A program made the position numbers and the translations under genes. From the IMG/VR virus record IMGVR_UViG_2871875081_000002, positions 1-64,000 of that record: DNA of 64,000 nucleotides, one strand, 5' to 3'. The stretch's first letter is position 1. Each line of letters begins with the position of its first letter. The notes under the pieces are model-generated. The model was not told where the DNA came from, searched no databases, and saw nothing but the letters and a program-made list of their open reading frames with translations. This document shows, one piece after another, positions 26,860 to 39,400 of the stretch. This DNA is from a virus (Duplodnaviria; Caudoviricetes).

Positions 26860-27201
26860 TTATTTTCTTTTCTTTTTAATGTAGTGCAGTATATCCCACT
26901 TCTTAAAATATCGGGTGTGCCCTCGCTTTTTGCATTCTCCGTTCGGAATGTCACCTCTAGCAACCATTCTATTCAATGTTGCATCAGAAACGTGAAGCTT
27001 CTCCTTGACTTCCTCGGTAGATAGCATCGGATTGAGAGCATACGGCAGATAGTTCTCACAAAGGTCTTCTATCTCATCGCTACTCATTCCGCAAGCAGTT
27101 ACCTTCTCCCCTCTCTTCTCTTGCTCGTCTGCTCGAAAACAAGAATCCGATAACGATTTTAATAACACTCCCAAGGTGTGATAACCAAATAACTTTCCCA
27201 T
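26860..27201 (-). CDS. HTH_17/excisionase-like DNA-binding protein
   Basis: LSTEEVKEKLHVSDATLNRMVARGDIP. Confidence 0.75.
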   Translation of the reverse strand: MGKLFGYHTLGVLLKSLSDSCFRADEQEKRGEKVTACGMSSDEIEDLCENYLPYALNPMLSTEEVKEKLHVSDATLNRMVARGDIPNGECKKRGHTRYFKKWDILHYIKKKRK

Positions 27202-27205
27202 ATCA

Positions 27206-27757
27206 TTATAATCTAGAGATTAAACTTTGACAGCCCTTGCCTGAGAAATACTTATCGGCAAAACCATATACATAAAATATAATGGTCATTACAAGTATTA
27301 CAACATTAGATTCCACCATTTCGTTGGTGGTGAAAACATTCCAGTATACGATATGAATAGCATTTATCCCAAATAGGTAGATTATCATCGGAATACGCCA
27401 TCTGTAGCAGAGCCAAAAGAATCTGCTCGCAATTATAAGCACAAGCGGATGGATGTAAACGGAAAAATAGATAAATGCTGCCGATACCCAATTCTCCTTA
27501 AACCATACGCACATTTCTTTTTCATGAGACGCAAATGTTACCATGCATGCAATATGAAAAAGCATGATAAACAGAGGCATCACTTCACAATAATACTTAA
27601 ACCAAGTGAGTAGCTTTATGCTGTAGCCTCTACCTGCAAGGATAATGACGTTTATCATTTCGCTAACGTCCATGTCCTTAAACATTACTCTTGACAACTG
27701 TACAACACCGACTGATTGAACTAACCGATGGACTTCATCTTCTTCCTCTTTAGTCAT
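27206..27757 (-). CDS. Multi-pass membrane protein
   Basis: About four hydrophobic segments; own -7 element TACCTTTG at 27797-27804. Confidence 0.7.
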   Translation of the reverse strand: MTKEEEDEVHRLVQSVGVVQLSRVMFKDMDVSEMINVIILAGRGYSIKLLTWFKYYCEVMPLFIMLFHIACMVTFASHEKEMCVWFKENWVSAAFIYFSVYIHPLVLIIASRFFWLCYRWRIPMIIYLFGINAIHIVYWNVFTTNEMVESNVVILVMTIIFYVYGFADKYFSGKGCQSLISRL

Positions 27758-27953
27758 AAGCTGTTATATTTTAGTTGATTTAAAAGATTGATGCCGCAAA
27801 GGTACGCATCTTCTAATAAAAGTAATTGGTTTTTGATTGATTTTTGTGTTAAACTATATAAAATGTAACAATCTGAAAGTAGATGGCTACAAAAATAGCG
27901 TTAGAACGGCTTTCTTGCCAAATTCTAACGCTATTATTATATCTACACTGGTA

Positions 27954-28418
27954 TTATCCTATCACAACATCAAGGGTCTCCATATCAGCGAACTTCAAGC
28001 CGCAATCCTTAGCAGCTTTGAACAGCTCCTTCTCGTCAACTTCCTCAATGGCTACCTCTACCTCCTTGTCGGCAAGTTCCTTGAAATACTTTTCGGTCTT
28101 CTGCTTCTGATTGAAGAAGTACTCATTGACCTCAGCGAACTTGGCTGAATCGTCCTTGGTGTATTCGTAGCCTTCATCGGCGTGCTTCTGCTCCAACTGC
28201 TGGCACTCCTGAAGCTTGCACTGCATCTCCTCGAACTTATCGTCCTTCAGGCTCTCCTGCGCTTCCTTCACATCCTTGTCGTAAGTATCGGCTACTTGGC
28301 GCAGTGCCTTCATATTCTTCCAAACTCGCATAGCGGCATCATCACTCATTGATGATGTCTTCAATGCCTTCAATGTTCTGTAGGCATCAACTGCCTCAAT
28401 TGTCTTAATCTTTTTCAT
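27954..28418 (-). CDS. Hypothetical coiled-coil protein (tail-associated position)
   Basis: 154-aa ORF; -7 element TAACTTTG at 28496-28503. Confidence 0.65.
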   Translation of the reverse strand: MKKIKTIEAVDAYRTLKALKTSSMSDDAAMRVWKNMKALRQVADTYDKDVKEAQESLKDDKFEEMQCKLQECQQLEQKHADEGYEYTKDDSAKFAEVNEYFFNQKQKTEKYFKELADKEVEVAIEEVDEKELFKAAKDCGLKFADMETLDVVIG

Positions 28419-28670
28419 AATTGTTTCTTTATTTTTATGTTATACAATATTCTTCGCCAGATTGCCATAGCAGAATACCTTTCCTATTAACAGTGCAAAG
28501 TTAAGAAAATAATTCCGAATAACAATGCAGGAGGAGCAAAATTTACGAATTTTAAAAACAGCTTCCCCACGTTGGATAATCACTAGGACGTAATGTGTCT
28601 GCTTTCTCGGTGAGAACGTAAACCACAAATACATTTCTAGCATATTTGTTATATTAAGAACATCTGCTTT

Positions 28671-29957
28671 TTAATGCATAATATAACTACCACCTGGAGG
28701 AACTTGTTTCCATCCACCATCTATATTAATTTCAAAAGATAATTGACACATTTGTCCATAATAACCTCCTTCATAAACATTATCAAATCTTATATATATA
28801 TCAACATAATCTGTTCTATCACCTTCAGGAATAGTTACAGAACCTGTAATTTGACCAGAGCTATTAGATACATAACCTCTTCCGTATGTTGTCTTATTGT
28901 TACCATAAGCACAAATACTTCTAAATATACCATCAGTAATTGTAATTGTAGCATCAGGAAGTTTATATATTCTAGCTTTACAAATACAACTAGCACCAAC
29001 TAATTCTCTCAACGATGAGAAATCAACAAAACCACTAGAACCACTTTTAATACTTTCCATATTAATTTGTCTAGGATAATATTTAAAACTAATAGCACCT
29101 GGACACTTTATAAAAATTATTTTTGTATTAGCATATAAAGTTGCATTACGAGTATATGCTAAAAAAGGCACAATATCAATAAACTTATCTCCACTGCCTA
29201 TATCAAAAGTTATTTCTTTACTAGCGTATACAAAATCTGTTGGTTTTTGGCAATTACCGACATAATAATTTTTATAAATCTTATCATTAACATTATATGG
29301 TGAATCATAACGAATTTGAATCCAAAAAGACCAAGCTAAATATAAATCAGGAATTATATCTTCCATAGTAACATTTATATTATCAACAACATGCACATTC
29401 TTATATAGAATACAATTAAATTTAGGAGTTGAAGAATAATAAATTTCAACATTACGTAATTCAGGAATAGAAGTTAGAAACTTATTAGTTGTTGCTTTAC
29501 TATTATAGTTTCTAAAATCACTTAATCTATAAGGAGAATTAACACCACCTTTTGGAAAATGTTTTCCTGATACCTTTGTTCTTGTGTTATCACTAATATA
29601 ACCATTATTACCATATACATTATCTTTATAAAGGTTGTTACAAGCTTTAATTGCAAAACCTTCTCCTCCATAATTATTACGTAAGTTCTTATAAGTGTCC
29701 ATAGGTATATTCATACCACAACGAACAACACAAGTATATTTACTATATGAAGATGTTACTATTTCCTCAGAGTCTTCTCTAATAGGATATTCTTTAAATT
29801 CACCTTTACAACTAATAGGTTTATACTTACTCCATATATTTATATTTTCACTCTTACAAAGAGTAGCAAGGTCATTGCTACTCTCTCCAAGAGCTCGTTT
29901 AACATCATCAATGCTAACAGGAGCACTAATAATTCCAGTTTCACTATTGTAAGACAT
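28671..29957 (-). CDS. Putative tail-fibre / receptor-binding accessory protein
   Basis: ISAPVSIDDVKRALG…INIWSKYKP…SPYRLSDFRNY N-terminus and beta-rich C-terminus; strongly AT-rich DNA. Confidence 0.55.
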   Translation of the reverse strand: MSYNSETGIISAPVSIDDVKRALGESSNDLATLCKSENINIWSKYKPISCKGEFKEYPIREDSEEIVTSSYSKYTCVVRCGMNIPMDTYKNLRNNYGGEGFAIKACNNLYKDNVYGNNGYISDNTRTKVSGKHFPKGGVNSPYRLSDFRNYNSKATTNKFLTSIPELRNVEIYYSSTPKFNCILYKNVHVVDNINVTMEDIIPDLYLAWSFWIQIRYDSPYNVNDKIYKNYYVGNCQKPTDFVYASKEITFDIGSGDKFIDIVPFLAYTRNATLYANTKIIFIKCPGAISFKYYPRQINMESIKSGSSGFVDFSSLRELVGASCICKARIYKLPDATITITDGIFRSICAYGNNKTTYGRGYVSNSSGQITGSVTIPEGDRTDYVDIYIRFDNVYEGGYYGQMCQLSFEINIDGGWKQVPPGGSYIMH

Positions 29958-30143
29958 AATCTTTATTTTTTTAATATTCAACTTTAGTTTCTAATTCTGT
30001 TACAACTTCTTTAGTAACAACTCGCTCTACTGTTACATTGAACACTTTCGCAAGCTATAATGTAAATCGTTCCATACGCTTGATATTTAAAACTTAGAAC
30101 ACTAGGCAAGGCAGCTCTATAAGAGCCACCCTGCGGTTAATAC

Positions 30144-30449
30144 TTACTCTGCTGCCTCGCTTGCCATATTAGCGGCGATAGCGGAATTAACCTCCTTAAT
30201 CAATGCTGATACCTCACTGAGCTTGCTCTGCGGAACACCGCTGATGTTGTAGGTCAGCTCGCTGCCGTTGGAGCTTGCGTTCGCATTGCCGAGATAATTA
30301 CCATTTGGGTCACCATAGATACTCATATTGATGCTCTCGATGTTGCCACCCGTCTTGTCAACATTGTAGGTGATTTCTACTCGATAGCCGCCCTTGGTAT
30401 AAGTGGCGGTTGTCTGTTCACTTTTCTTGTTAATCTTTAAATTCTCCAT
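30144..30449 (-). CDS. Small tail-associated hypothetical protein
   Basis: 101-aa ORF directly after the tail fibre. Confidence 0.6.
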   Translation of the reverse strand: MENLKINKKSEQTTATYTKGGYRVEITYNVDKTGGNIESINMSIYGDPNGNYLGNANASSNGSELTYNISGVPQSKLSEVSALIKEVNSAIAANMASEAAE

Positions 30450-30457
30450 TTTCTTAA

Positions 30458-33400
30458 CTAATTTAATGAATTAATATTCTTGTTATCTAATCTCTTCTTG
30501 TTGCAGTCTTCCTTATCTCCACTCAATCGCTGAACCTCTGATTCGAGGAAGACCACCCGAGCCTTCAACCTGCTGACCTCATCGCCCACCTGCTCAATAG
30601 CACCGAATGCCGTTGCAATCAGCTTCGGAGACCAGTAGTTAATCTTGTAGTAGCCCTTCTCGTCAGTCTCCACGATGTCCTTTAAGTGAGGGTTGCACAA
30701 GACGTGCTGGGCAATCCAGCCGATAGACCTTGTGTTGTCCTTCTTCCAAGCGAAGCCATAAGTGCCACCCATTGCCTTGATGATACCCAAGTAGTCCAGC
30801 TTCCGCAAATCCTGCTTCAAGCGGATGTCAGAAGATTGATAAGCTGTAACTCCACCTTTAGCAAGAATGCTATTAGGGAAGTAAGTATTCATATTATAAT
30901 CAAAGTTATATATATGACCTGTATGACCCATAAATCTATCAGTAGGAAATGAATACTTAGTAAAAGAAAATATTCGTATTTTATTTATTGAAGCATTTCG
31001 TAATGCAGTAGTATTTTGGTCATGTTTAAATCTAAAACGAATATATCTTCTATCATCATTTCCTACAGGAAAACCTTCGTTACCTCTAGATAGATTTATA
31101 TAATTAAATTGGTTCCATCCGGTCATATATTTAATATAAGTATTGACTATAACACCTTTACTATTTAAATATTCTACAGTACAAGTAACACCAACACCTT
31201 GTCCCATATCAACACAAGCAAAATATACTTGAGAATAACAAGAGTTAGGAATTTCAAACGAAAACATTAATTCATTCTTTTTTACTTGAGCTAATTTCTC
31301 AGCATCATTATTACCAGTGAAAACATTATAACCTAAGTAAACTTGAGTTAAACCTGCATTACTAGCATATAGATTAAATTTAGTATCATTTGACATCTCA
31401 TAATTAGTCCAATTAGTACCATTATCATTAGAATATTGTACAGTTACTTGATTAACTTGTATACTATCAGTAATAGCAGTAATTCCAGAGCATAAAGCAT
31501 CAGCTGAAACATAACAACCCGCTCCTTTATTATTAACTTCATAATTTGTAGGTAATATACCTTTATTATTTATTAAACCGTTAACTGATAAATTACCAGC
31601 AATAACAGCATTTTTACTAACACTAATACTATCACAACTAATAACATCATTAACAGTAAGACTTTTAAACGTAGCACTACCTAATTGTGTTATGCTCCAA
31701 TAACTACTATTTACTTGACTACACATGTCTTGAACTTTCACAAAACCAGAATTATTAGCATTACCTAAATATAAATCACCACCACTACCTCCAATTCTAA
31801 CTCCACTATCAGGAGTTATAGTTGTAATACCTGGAAATTTAAGTGTACCATTACTTTGTGCACTATTAGCAATAAACACAGAATTATCAGCTATACCAAG
31901 ATAAATAGTTTTATTAGAATGATTATATTTAAGACCAGCCCATTTATTCAAATCCCAAGCAGTTTCACCAAAACGAATAGCCGCACCTGTGTTGAAAATA
32001 ACTTGCGCATCAATGGCACTAATAGGAGTTAACTTGTTGCCAATCTTAAGCGCACCATTCTGCAAGGTGGTACTGATGGTGTTGCTTGCGCTGATGGTGG
32101 TCACACCGCTCAAAGCACCGCTCACGTTAGCCGTTCCGTTGAACGACTGTCCCCAGATGGTTCTTGCCGTTACAAGTTGGTCTGCTTGATTCACGATGCC
32201 AATTCTCGTAGCACCATCAAGCAAGGTGTAAGGGCTATCCCCTGTGGTTGCTGGCAAGCTTTGAGCCGCAGAGAACCATCTATTTGTCACCAAAGTTCCT
32301 TGGCTTGTGAAATCGGTAGACGTGCGTCCTGTCTTCTTGATGATTGTGTAAGACAGACTTCCAAATTGACGTTGGCAATTTCCCCAAAGTTGAACATTGC
32401 CAGTTGCATTGTTGTAGTACACACGCAACCTTGAAGACATGTTTCCAACCAACTCACGCAAGGATATGATAAAGTTGTATGCCCCAGAGTCCTTCGCTCC
32501 ATTCTGACGGATTCTCAACACGACAACCGAAAAGGTATCGTTAAATCCGTTGGAGAAGAGGAACGTGAAATTTCTATCATCATATTGGTTGTCTGTGACG
32601 GTAATGTCAAACAACTTCGCCCAATAGTGGGAAAGGCTTGCGGTGTCGCTGTTTACCGCTCCCGACCATACGATGTTGTTTTTGTGCCAACCATCGAGCA
32701 AATCCGCATTGAGGTTTGTCCATTGTGCGGTAGTCGAAGCTATGTGATTCGAGCCGTTGTAACCGAATTGCATACCTCCCTTGCCGAACTTCACCATTCC
32801 TGCGTTGTTGTTGCCAACGCCCATCAAGCCGATAGTGTTGCCAATGTTACAATCACCTATGTAGCAATCATCGCCAATGCGCAATCCATTGTAAGCACCA
32901 TTCAATGCGCTTGCCACAATCTTAAGCTGACCTGTGAGCGTTCCACCTGTCAAAGGCAAGTACTTTGCGGCGATGGCATCCACCTGTGACTTCGTATAAG
33001 CATCAGTAATGCCATACCCACTTATCGTTGTCGGCTTGCTTGTGAGTTCTGAGAAGGCAAGGCTGTTCTTGATTGCAAACGAGCCGAAAGCACCCTTGTT
33101 GCAATAGGCGAGGTTTGAACTAGTGCCACTATATGCTCCGTTCCAGTAAGCTATGAAGCTCATGTCAGGAATGATGTTGCCATCGATCGATGCGTTAGTC
33201 CATCCCGAAGTGCCCACCGCAGAAAGGCTCTTCTTCGTGTAGCTCTTGGTGTAGGTGATGGCTGTTCCACTGGTGGATATGCCAGTCACGAACACATTGC
33301 TTCCACTTGGCTGAGTAACCGAGCGCAAGCCATCCGTAATGCCAAATCCCGACAAAGTGGTTGGCTTGTTGGTGATATAGCTCCACGCAAGGTTTCCTTG

Positions 33401-36400
33401 GAACGCCGTGAGTGCCTTGATGTGTGGAGCGATGAAGTAAGCATCGCCTTGGTTCGTAACGAAAGAAAGGCTTACACCTGCTCCTATAGTGTCATGGTCA
33501 GTATAAACCAATGCAGCCGATTGAACGCCACTTGCATCAGGGTTATCGCTAGTTGAGAAAACCAATTGCGGACCGCCATCGCCATAGGACAGCTTTCCAG
33601 CCGACTTGATGTAGTTTGCATCGTTGCCATAGGTAGTTCCATAAATCACCAAGCGATTCTGCTCTGCCTTGTAACTTGTGTTGACGGTGACACTAGCCTT
33701 TGACAACTTCAAGATGTTGTCTATCTTGGTGATTCCTGTCAAGGCTTGCTCGGCACTGCTGCCCTGCACCTGTGTCGTTCCCACATAATGAGTATGGTTA
33801 GACAAGCTGAAAGAACTACCCTTCGTCAAGGTCAAGGTATGCCCACTGATAGATGCGGTTGTTATCGCATTCCCAGAACCTGTTACGCTAACGGCATTCA
33901 CACCGTCTGTGATACCATATCCGCTGAGACTTGTTGGCTTAGAGGTCAAACTTGCAAAAGTATGTGTATGCCCATTGAGCGAGAATGTAGAGCCTTTTGT
34001 GAAGGTGATGGTCTTGCCGCTCTTTGTAACGGCAGTAACGGCATTTCCACTTCCGCTAACTGCTATCGCATTCACGTAACCATCGAGCGATTGGTGTGCG
34101 GTAAGGTAGTTTCCCTTCGGTTGATACAAGCTGGCAGCGTCAGTCTTAGTAAGGTAGCTCGCAAGGCTCTGATGTGAAGTCAAGAACGTTGTTCCCTTTG
34201 TCACGATGATAGTCGTTCCACTCTTACTGATGGCTGTCACTGCGTTTCCACTACCGCTAACACTAACGTTCATAGCCGAGCCTCCTTCTAGGCTGGAGAT
34301 ACGAGAATCAAGAGCCTTGATGGAGTAGGCAGAGGCAATCTCACTCAGCGATTCTGATGTAAGCTTCAAGGCATTTGAATAACTCTTCACACTGCCGTTC
34401 AAGCCGCCACCACTGGATGAGGATGTCCCAACACCATAGGCAGAAACACCACCACTAGTATAGAGGTTTGCCACCTCGTTAGTCGTAGTGTTCGTAATCT
34501 TCAACGCCTTATTGGTTGCATCATACTCCATCTTTATGTTGCCGATGGAGATGTACTTTCCGTCAGGCACGATGATACTTCCGTTAATATCGGCAGTACC
34601 GTTAAACGAGTTACCCCAAAGCTTGCGAATATTCGTGAGCTGGAGAGCCTTTTTCGCTGAACCGCTTGTAAAGTAGCCCTGCAAGGTGGTGATACTCGTC
34701 TTGTTGGTGGATATGCCCGAAGCGTTCACCCCTTCTGCCTTTTTCGCTCTTGTTACCTCGTCAGATATAGACTTATTGATTCCATCAACGATACCACTTA
34801 AAGTGTCTGTCTGCGCAATATTTGCGAGGAAGCTAACCACCTCGTTCCACTTATTGATAACGCCGTCCGCAGTCTCCTCGTCAGTAGTTATAAGGGCGTA
34901 CCAGTCATAGGCACTATCCCAACGAGTTACCTTCGTTGATGTAATGCCGTCCAGTACAGACTTATTGCTATGAGTATGCTTTGCCGATACCGCACCATCC
35001 CAAGCCGTCTGCTTTGCCGTTGTCGGTATAGAATAACCCGAAGCAAGACTAATAGCAAACGTACCGCTTGTTGTGATAGTCTTAGTTGCGCACGTCAAAC
35101 CAGTAGGAAGGGTAAGAGCTACAGATGTAACAGTACCCTTATTGGTAGTATAGCCCTTTGCATCAATCTCCGCTTTGGTATAATAGCTTGCGAGAGACTG
35201 ATGAGCAGTCAGATACCCTTTATCATTGGTAAGCTGGCTTACCTTCGTGATGCGGTCAGTGATTTCTGTCCACTTATGGGTATGCGCACTAGGTGTGAAT
35301 GTTGATGGCTTACCCGTGATGTTATTCCAAGAAAGGCTCAGACCGCCAAGTTCTGTGGCTATGTTGTCAATTCGGCTGCTGAGAGCCTTGATAGCATAGG
35401 CATTCGGAATACTAGTCAAGTCTGCATCCGTATAGCTTCCTTCTAAGATTCTCGCATAGCTGATTACGCTTGCATTCAAGCCGCCACCACCCGTGGTAGA
35501 TGCTCCTGCTCCGTATGCCGTGATACCACCTGTGGTATAGAGATTACCATCAATCTTGATAGCCTTGTTTTTGGAATCATACGTGAGCTTAATGCCATGG
35601 AAGGAGATTGCGCCTTCGAATGTAGCATCGCCCGATACGCCAAGTTTGGAGAATGGAGCGTTTGGCTTCAAAGATACAAGGTCAGCAACGCTCGTTCCTG
35701 CACTTCCTTCCTTCCAAGTCGGCTCGAAGAAGGTGAGGTATGCGCCAAGATTCTTCTCACTGATGATAAACGATGTCGGGTCTGCGTGAACCTTTCCGCT
35801 CACATCCCACCAGATAGCACCATTGGCAAGATAACCCGAGCCATCGAAGCGGATGAGGGAGGTTGCAGGGGTAAGATTTCCGCTATTATAGTCCTTATCC
35901 ACCATCTGACCGCCCCACCATGTTGCGATACTCTTCTTTCCTCTATTCTTGTCTATTGCTCCGTTGATACCGCTCTGAACGTTTCCGTCTCCGTCTCTCA
36001 GCGCAAGGAGCGTTGTCATTACAAGACCACCGTCAACATATGTAGTCTGACCGAGCGCATCCTTGAGATACTTGTAACCTGCGAGGTCTGTGATATTCTG
36101 CTTCAAGTCACCATATATCTTGCTAGTGATATAGGCATTAGCCAAACCAAGTTTGTCATAGAATGCGCTGTATGCGGACTGAAAGTTGGTGAACTTCGTT
36201 CCCACGGCAGAGACGATAGCAGCCTTGCCGTTAGTATCAGCCTTATTGTAATTTGTAGATATATCTGAGAGATACGTAACGAGTTCCGTCTTGGCAGTAG
36301 AGAGAGTAGTGAAAGCAGTATTAAGGTCGGTGAGTTCTTTTGTACTCTTTAACACCTCTGCTCCCTTCACTTCATTGTACGACTTCTCGGCAGCTGCGAA

Positions 36401-39400
36401 AGCATCTTCAAGTCGCTTGGAATCCTGCGCCATTGCAGCAATCTCAGAAGGCTCTAGGTAGCCATCTTTGACGTAGCTGTCGAACGTCTTTTTGTTTTCG
36501 GTAACAGTCGTTCCGAGGGCGTTCAAGTTGCTCTGTGTCGTCTTAATCTCTTCTTGCGCCTTCTCAGCAGCTTTCTTTGCTTCCTCTGCCTTCGTGTCAT
36601 CGGTATACTTGCTAGCCAATTTCCAATCTGAAATATTAAACTCTTCACCTTCTGCCTTGGCGGTGGAACACTTCAAGATTTCATTCTTGTAGGTACTGCC
36701 GTCAGAAGGATAAGTTGCGTTGACCCACATATCGTTCACGTCGTATGGTGGAACTGGCTGAGAGCCGAAGATGCGTCTCTTGGTGTTGGCGGTAGCTTGC
36801 GCTCCATTAGCCTTCTTATCCGCAGCGGCTGCATCTTTGAGTGCTTGGCTTGAATCTTTGAGTGCCTTGGTCAGCTCCGTATCTGTGATGATAATCCACT
36901 CATAGGTAGAGCCATCCTTGGCAAAGCGGTATGCCTTGCCCGTCTTGTTGTCATAGTAGAGGTCTCCCAAGTGAGTTTTCTTATCATCGTTGGTCTTCCA
37001 ACTGATGGCTGGAGCATTCTTCAAAGTAGGAACGCCGTCATAGAACCAAGTCTCAATAGCTCCGTCTATCTGGTTTTGAAGGTCGATAATCGTCTGCGAT
37101 TTATTGATAATGGTCTCAACGGCATTCTTATCCAAGCTCTTCTCGGTGATGTACTTATCCAAGGTCTTCCCATCGTAGGTGGACTTTATATCCAAGTCTC
37201 CCTTGATGGTTACTTTCTTCGTCTCGCTATCAAACTTGACATAGGAATCACCCTCGTAGTTATTGGCACTAGTAGGTCGGTCTCCGAAGTACATATCACC
37301 ATAGACGTTGAAGAATGCCTTGCTATTCTGCTTATTCACACCATATTCCACGTACTCCCTATTGGCAAAGGAATAGCTGTTGATGCCGTGATAGAGGCTA
37401 ATGGATGGCGAATAGGTATCTACCGCCGAGAAGATAAGGCAGTTCTGACGTTCCACATCGGTTCTATTACCGCACTGGTTGAGCACATCACCTTTAGCAG
37501 GAACATCGCTTGCCGTAGCGCAATCGGTATCAGAGAGGTCGATATAATGATATTTCTTTCCTTCCAGCTCTACAGGGTCTTCATCACGACCGATTACCAA
37601 TCGCCAATAGAAGTGATTGCCAGCCTTGTGATAAGTGCCCTTGCGAACATTGAATGATTCTGAGCGCACTTGGTCGTTAACCGCGAAGTCGTTATCTACC
37701 TCATCACCATCCTGCTCTGCTAAGAAATAGCAACGATAAGCCTTCTGTGACACATTATTGTATGTCACAGTAACTTCTTCTACCTTATGAGCCACCACGC
37801 CACCAGTAGGAGAGATTATCTCCTTACCACCGATGGTGGATGTTTTATTTATGACCAGCTCCTCGAAGATAGCCTTCATTCTTACCTCCAAGTAATCTGT
37901 GATTAGGTGCGAACGACCTTCTGCGTCTGGAGTCCACGAGCCTCCACCGACAAGCAATCCCTGCAAGAACTTCTGCACCTTTTCCCAAGTGATAGTTCCT
38001 TTTGCGGTGTCATCGTTTATCTTTGAGATGAAGTGCTTACTTCCCTCTGTCGCAACCTGACTCTTGACCTGGGTAGTTGTCAAGCCTGCACCTGTTCCGC
38101 CATTTCCACTTTGGAGCGACGATATCTGTTGCTGAATTTTCTGTATAGTTCCAACCTCCTTATCCTCGCGAAGAGTTATATCGTAGGTAGGAATCTTACC
38201 ATCTTCTTCCTTGATTGTGAGCTGATCTATGGATATTACACCGCCAATTCTGAGGTCAGTATCTTCAAACTCCATCAAGTCTCCGGCTTTGAGCGTATCA
38301 TGAAGACTCTTGATAACTCCTGTAGTATCCTTTTCAGCAAGATCATGCTGTCTTGCCATGAAAATCTCATCAACCTTAGGCTGATAGACGTACCTTGTGT
38401 AGTCGTTCTTGTCAATGAATGCTATGGCGTATTTGAGAAGCTTCAGTGATGCAGCATTGACATACGAATCAGGAAGGGTGATGCCGGTAAGAACGAAATG
38501 GTCGCCTTTCTTGATAGGGTAGTCCTTGTATGGAAACCACAGCTCAAGAGCGTCGTCCTTTACTCTTTTAATAGTAAGCCTCCATCTTCCATCAATCTTG
38601 GTTGAGGATGCTACCTTGAATGTTCGTCCGCCACACATACCATCCTTCATCGAGATGGAGAAGTCGTCATCCTTTAAGTCGTTGATATCAAAGTCGATAG
38701 CCTTTTTAAGATAGATATCAACATTCTTTACGGTTTCATTATCGCCAAATCTTCCGTCATCATCAGGAGCCACACCCTTATCAATCTCATCAACACGTAC
38801 GCCACCGATTTCCATCTCCTCGATAGTAGGGTAGATTTCAATAACTCCATTCGTCTTATCATCGGTATCGAAGAACTGCGATGCAGAACGAAGACCAATC
38901 TGCTCGATGTTGATAGAATCGATGTATGGCCTGTGTGGATCTGTGGAGAATCTGTGTTGTCTTCCGGTAGGATTCACGTACCTCTTCTCTTCATTCGTGA
39001 GTGAGTTATAGAAATCACTCAGCGATACATGAGGGAATCCAGGCAACATAAGTCTATTGATGGACATGTTGTTCGGAAGATTCTTTGCATACTCCTTCAT
39101 AGATGAAGGAACAGCCTTCTTGTTGAGACCGGACGTGATATACATCTTTGTATTTCCGGCCTTGACCTGCGCAATAAACGCATCAAGCTTCTCCTTTGAT
39201 TCCTCATCTCCGGTGTCAGTCTGTGTTCCCTTCAGCTTAGAATAGAATCTACATTTTTTAGAGTCGTATGTCTGTGTTACATAACCGGTAATCTCAGTCT
39301 TGAAATCAAATGTAACCTTAAGTACCCAACCGAAAGACTGTTCGCCAGTTTCTCCAGAAACAATATACTTTCTCGGATTCTTGAAATATGTCTCTATATA

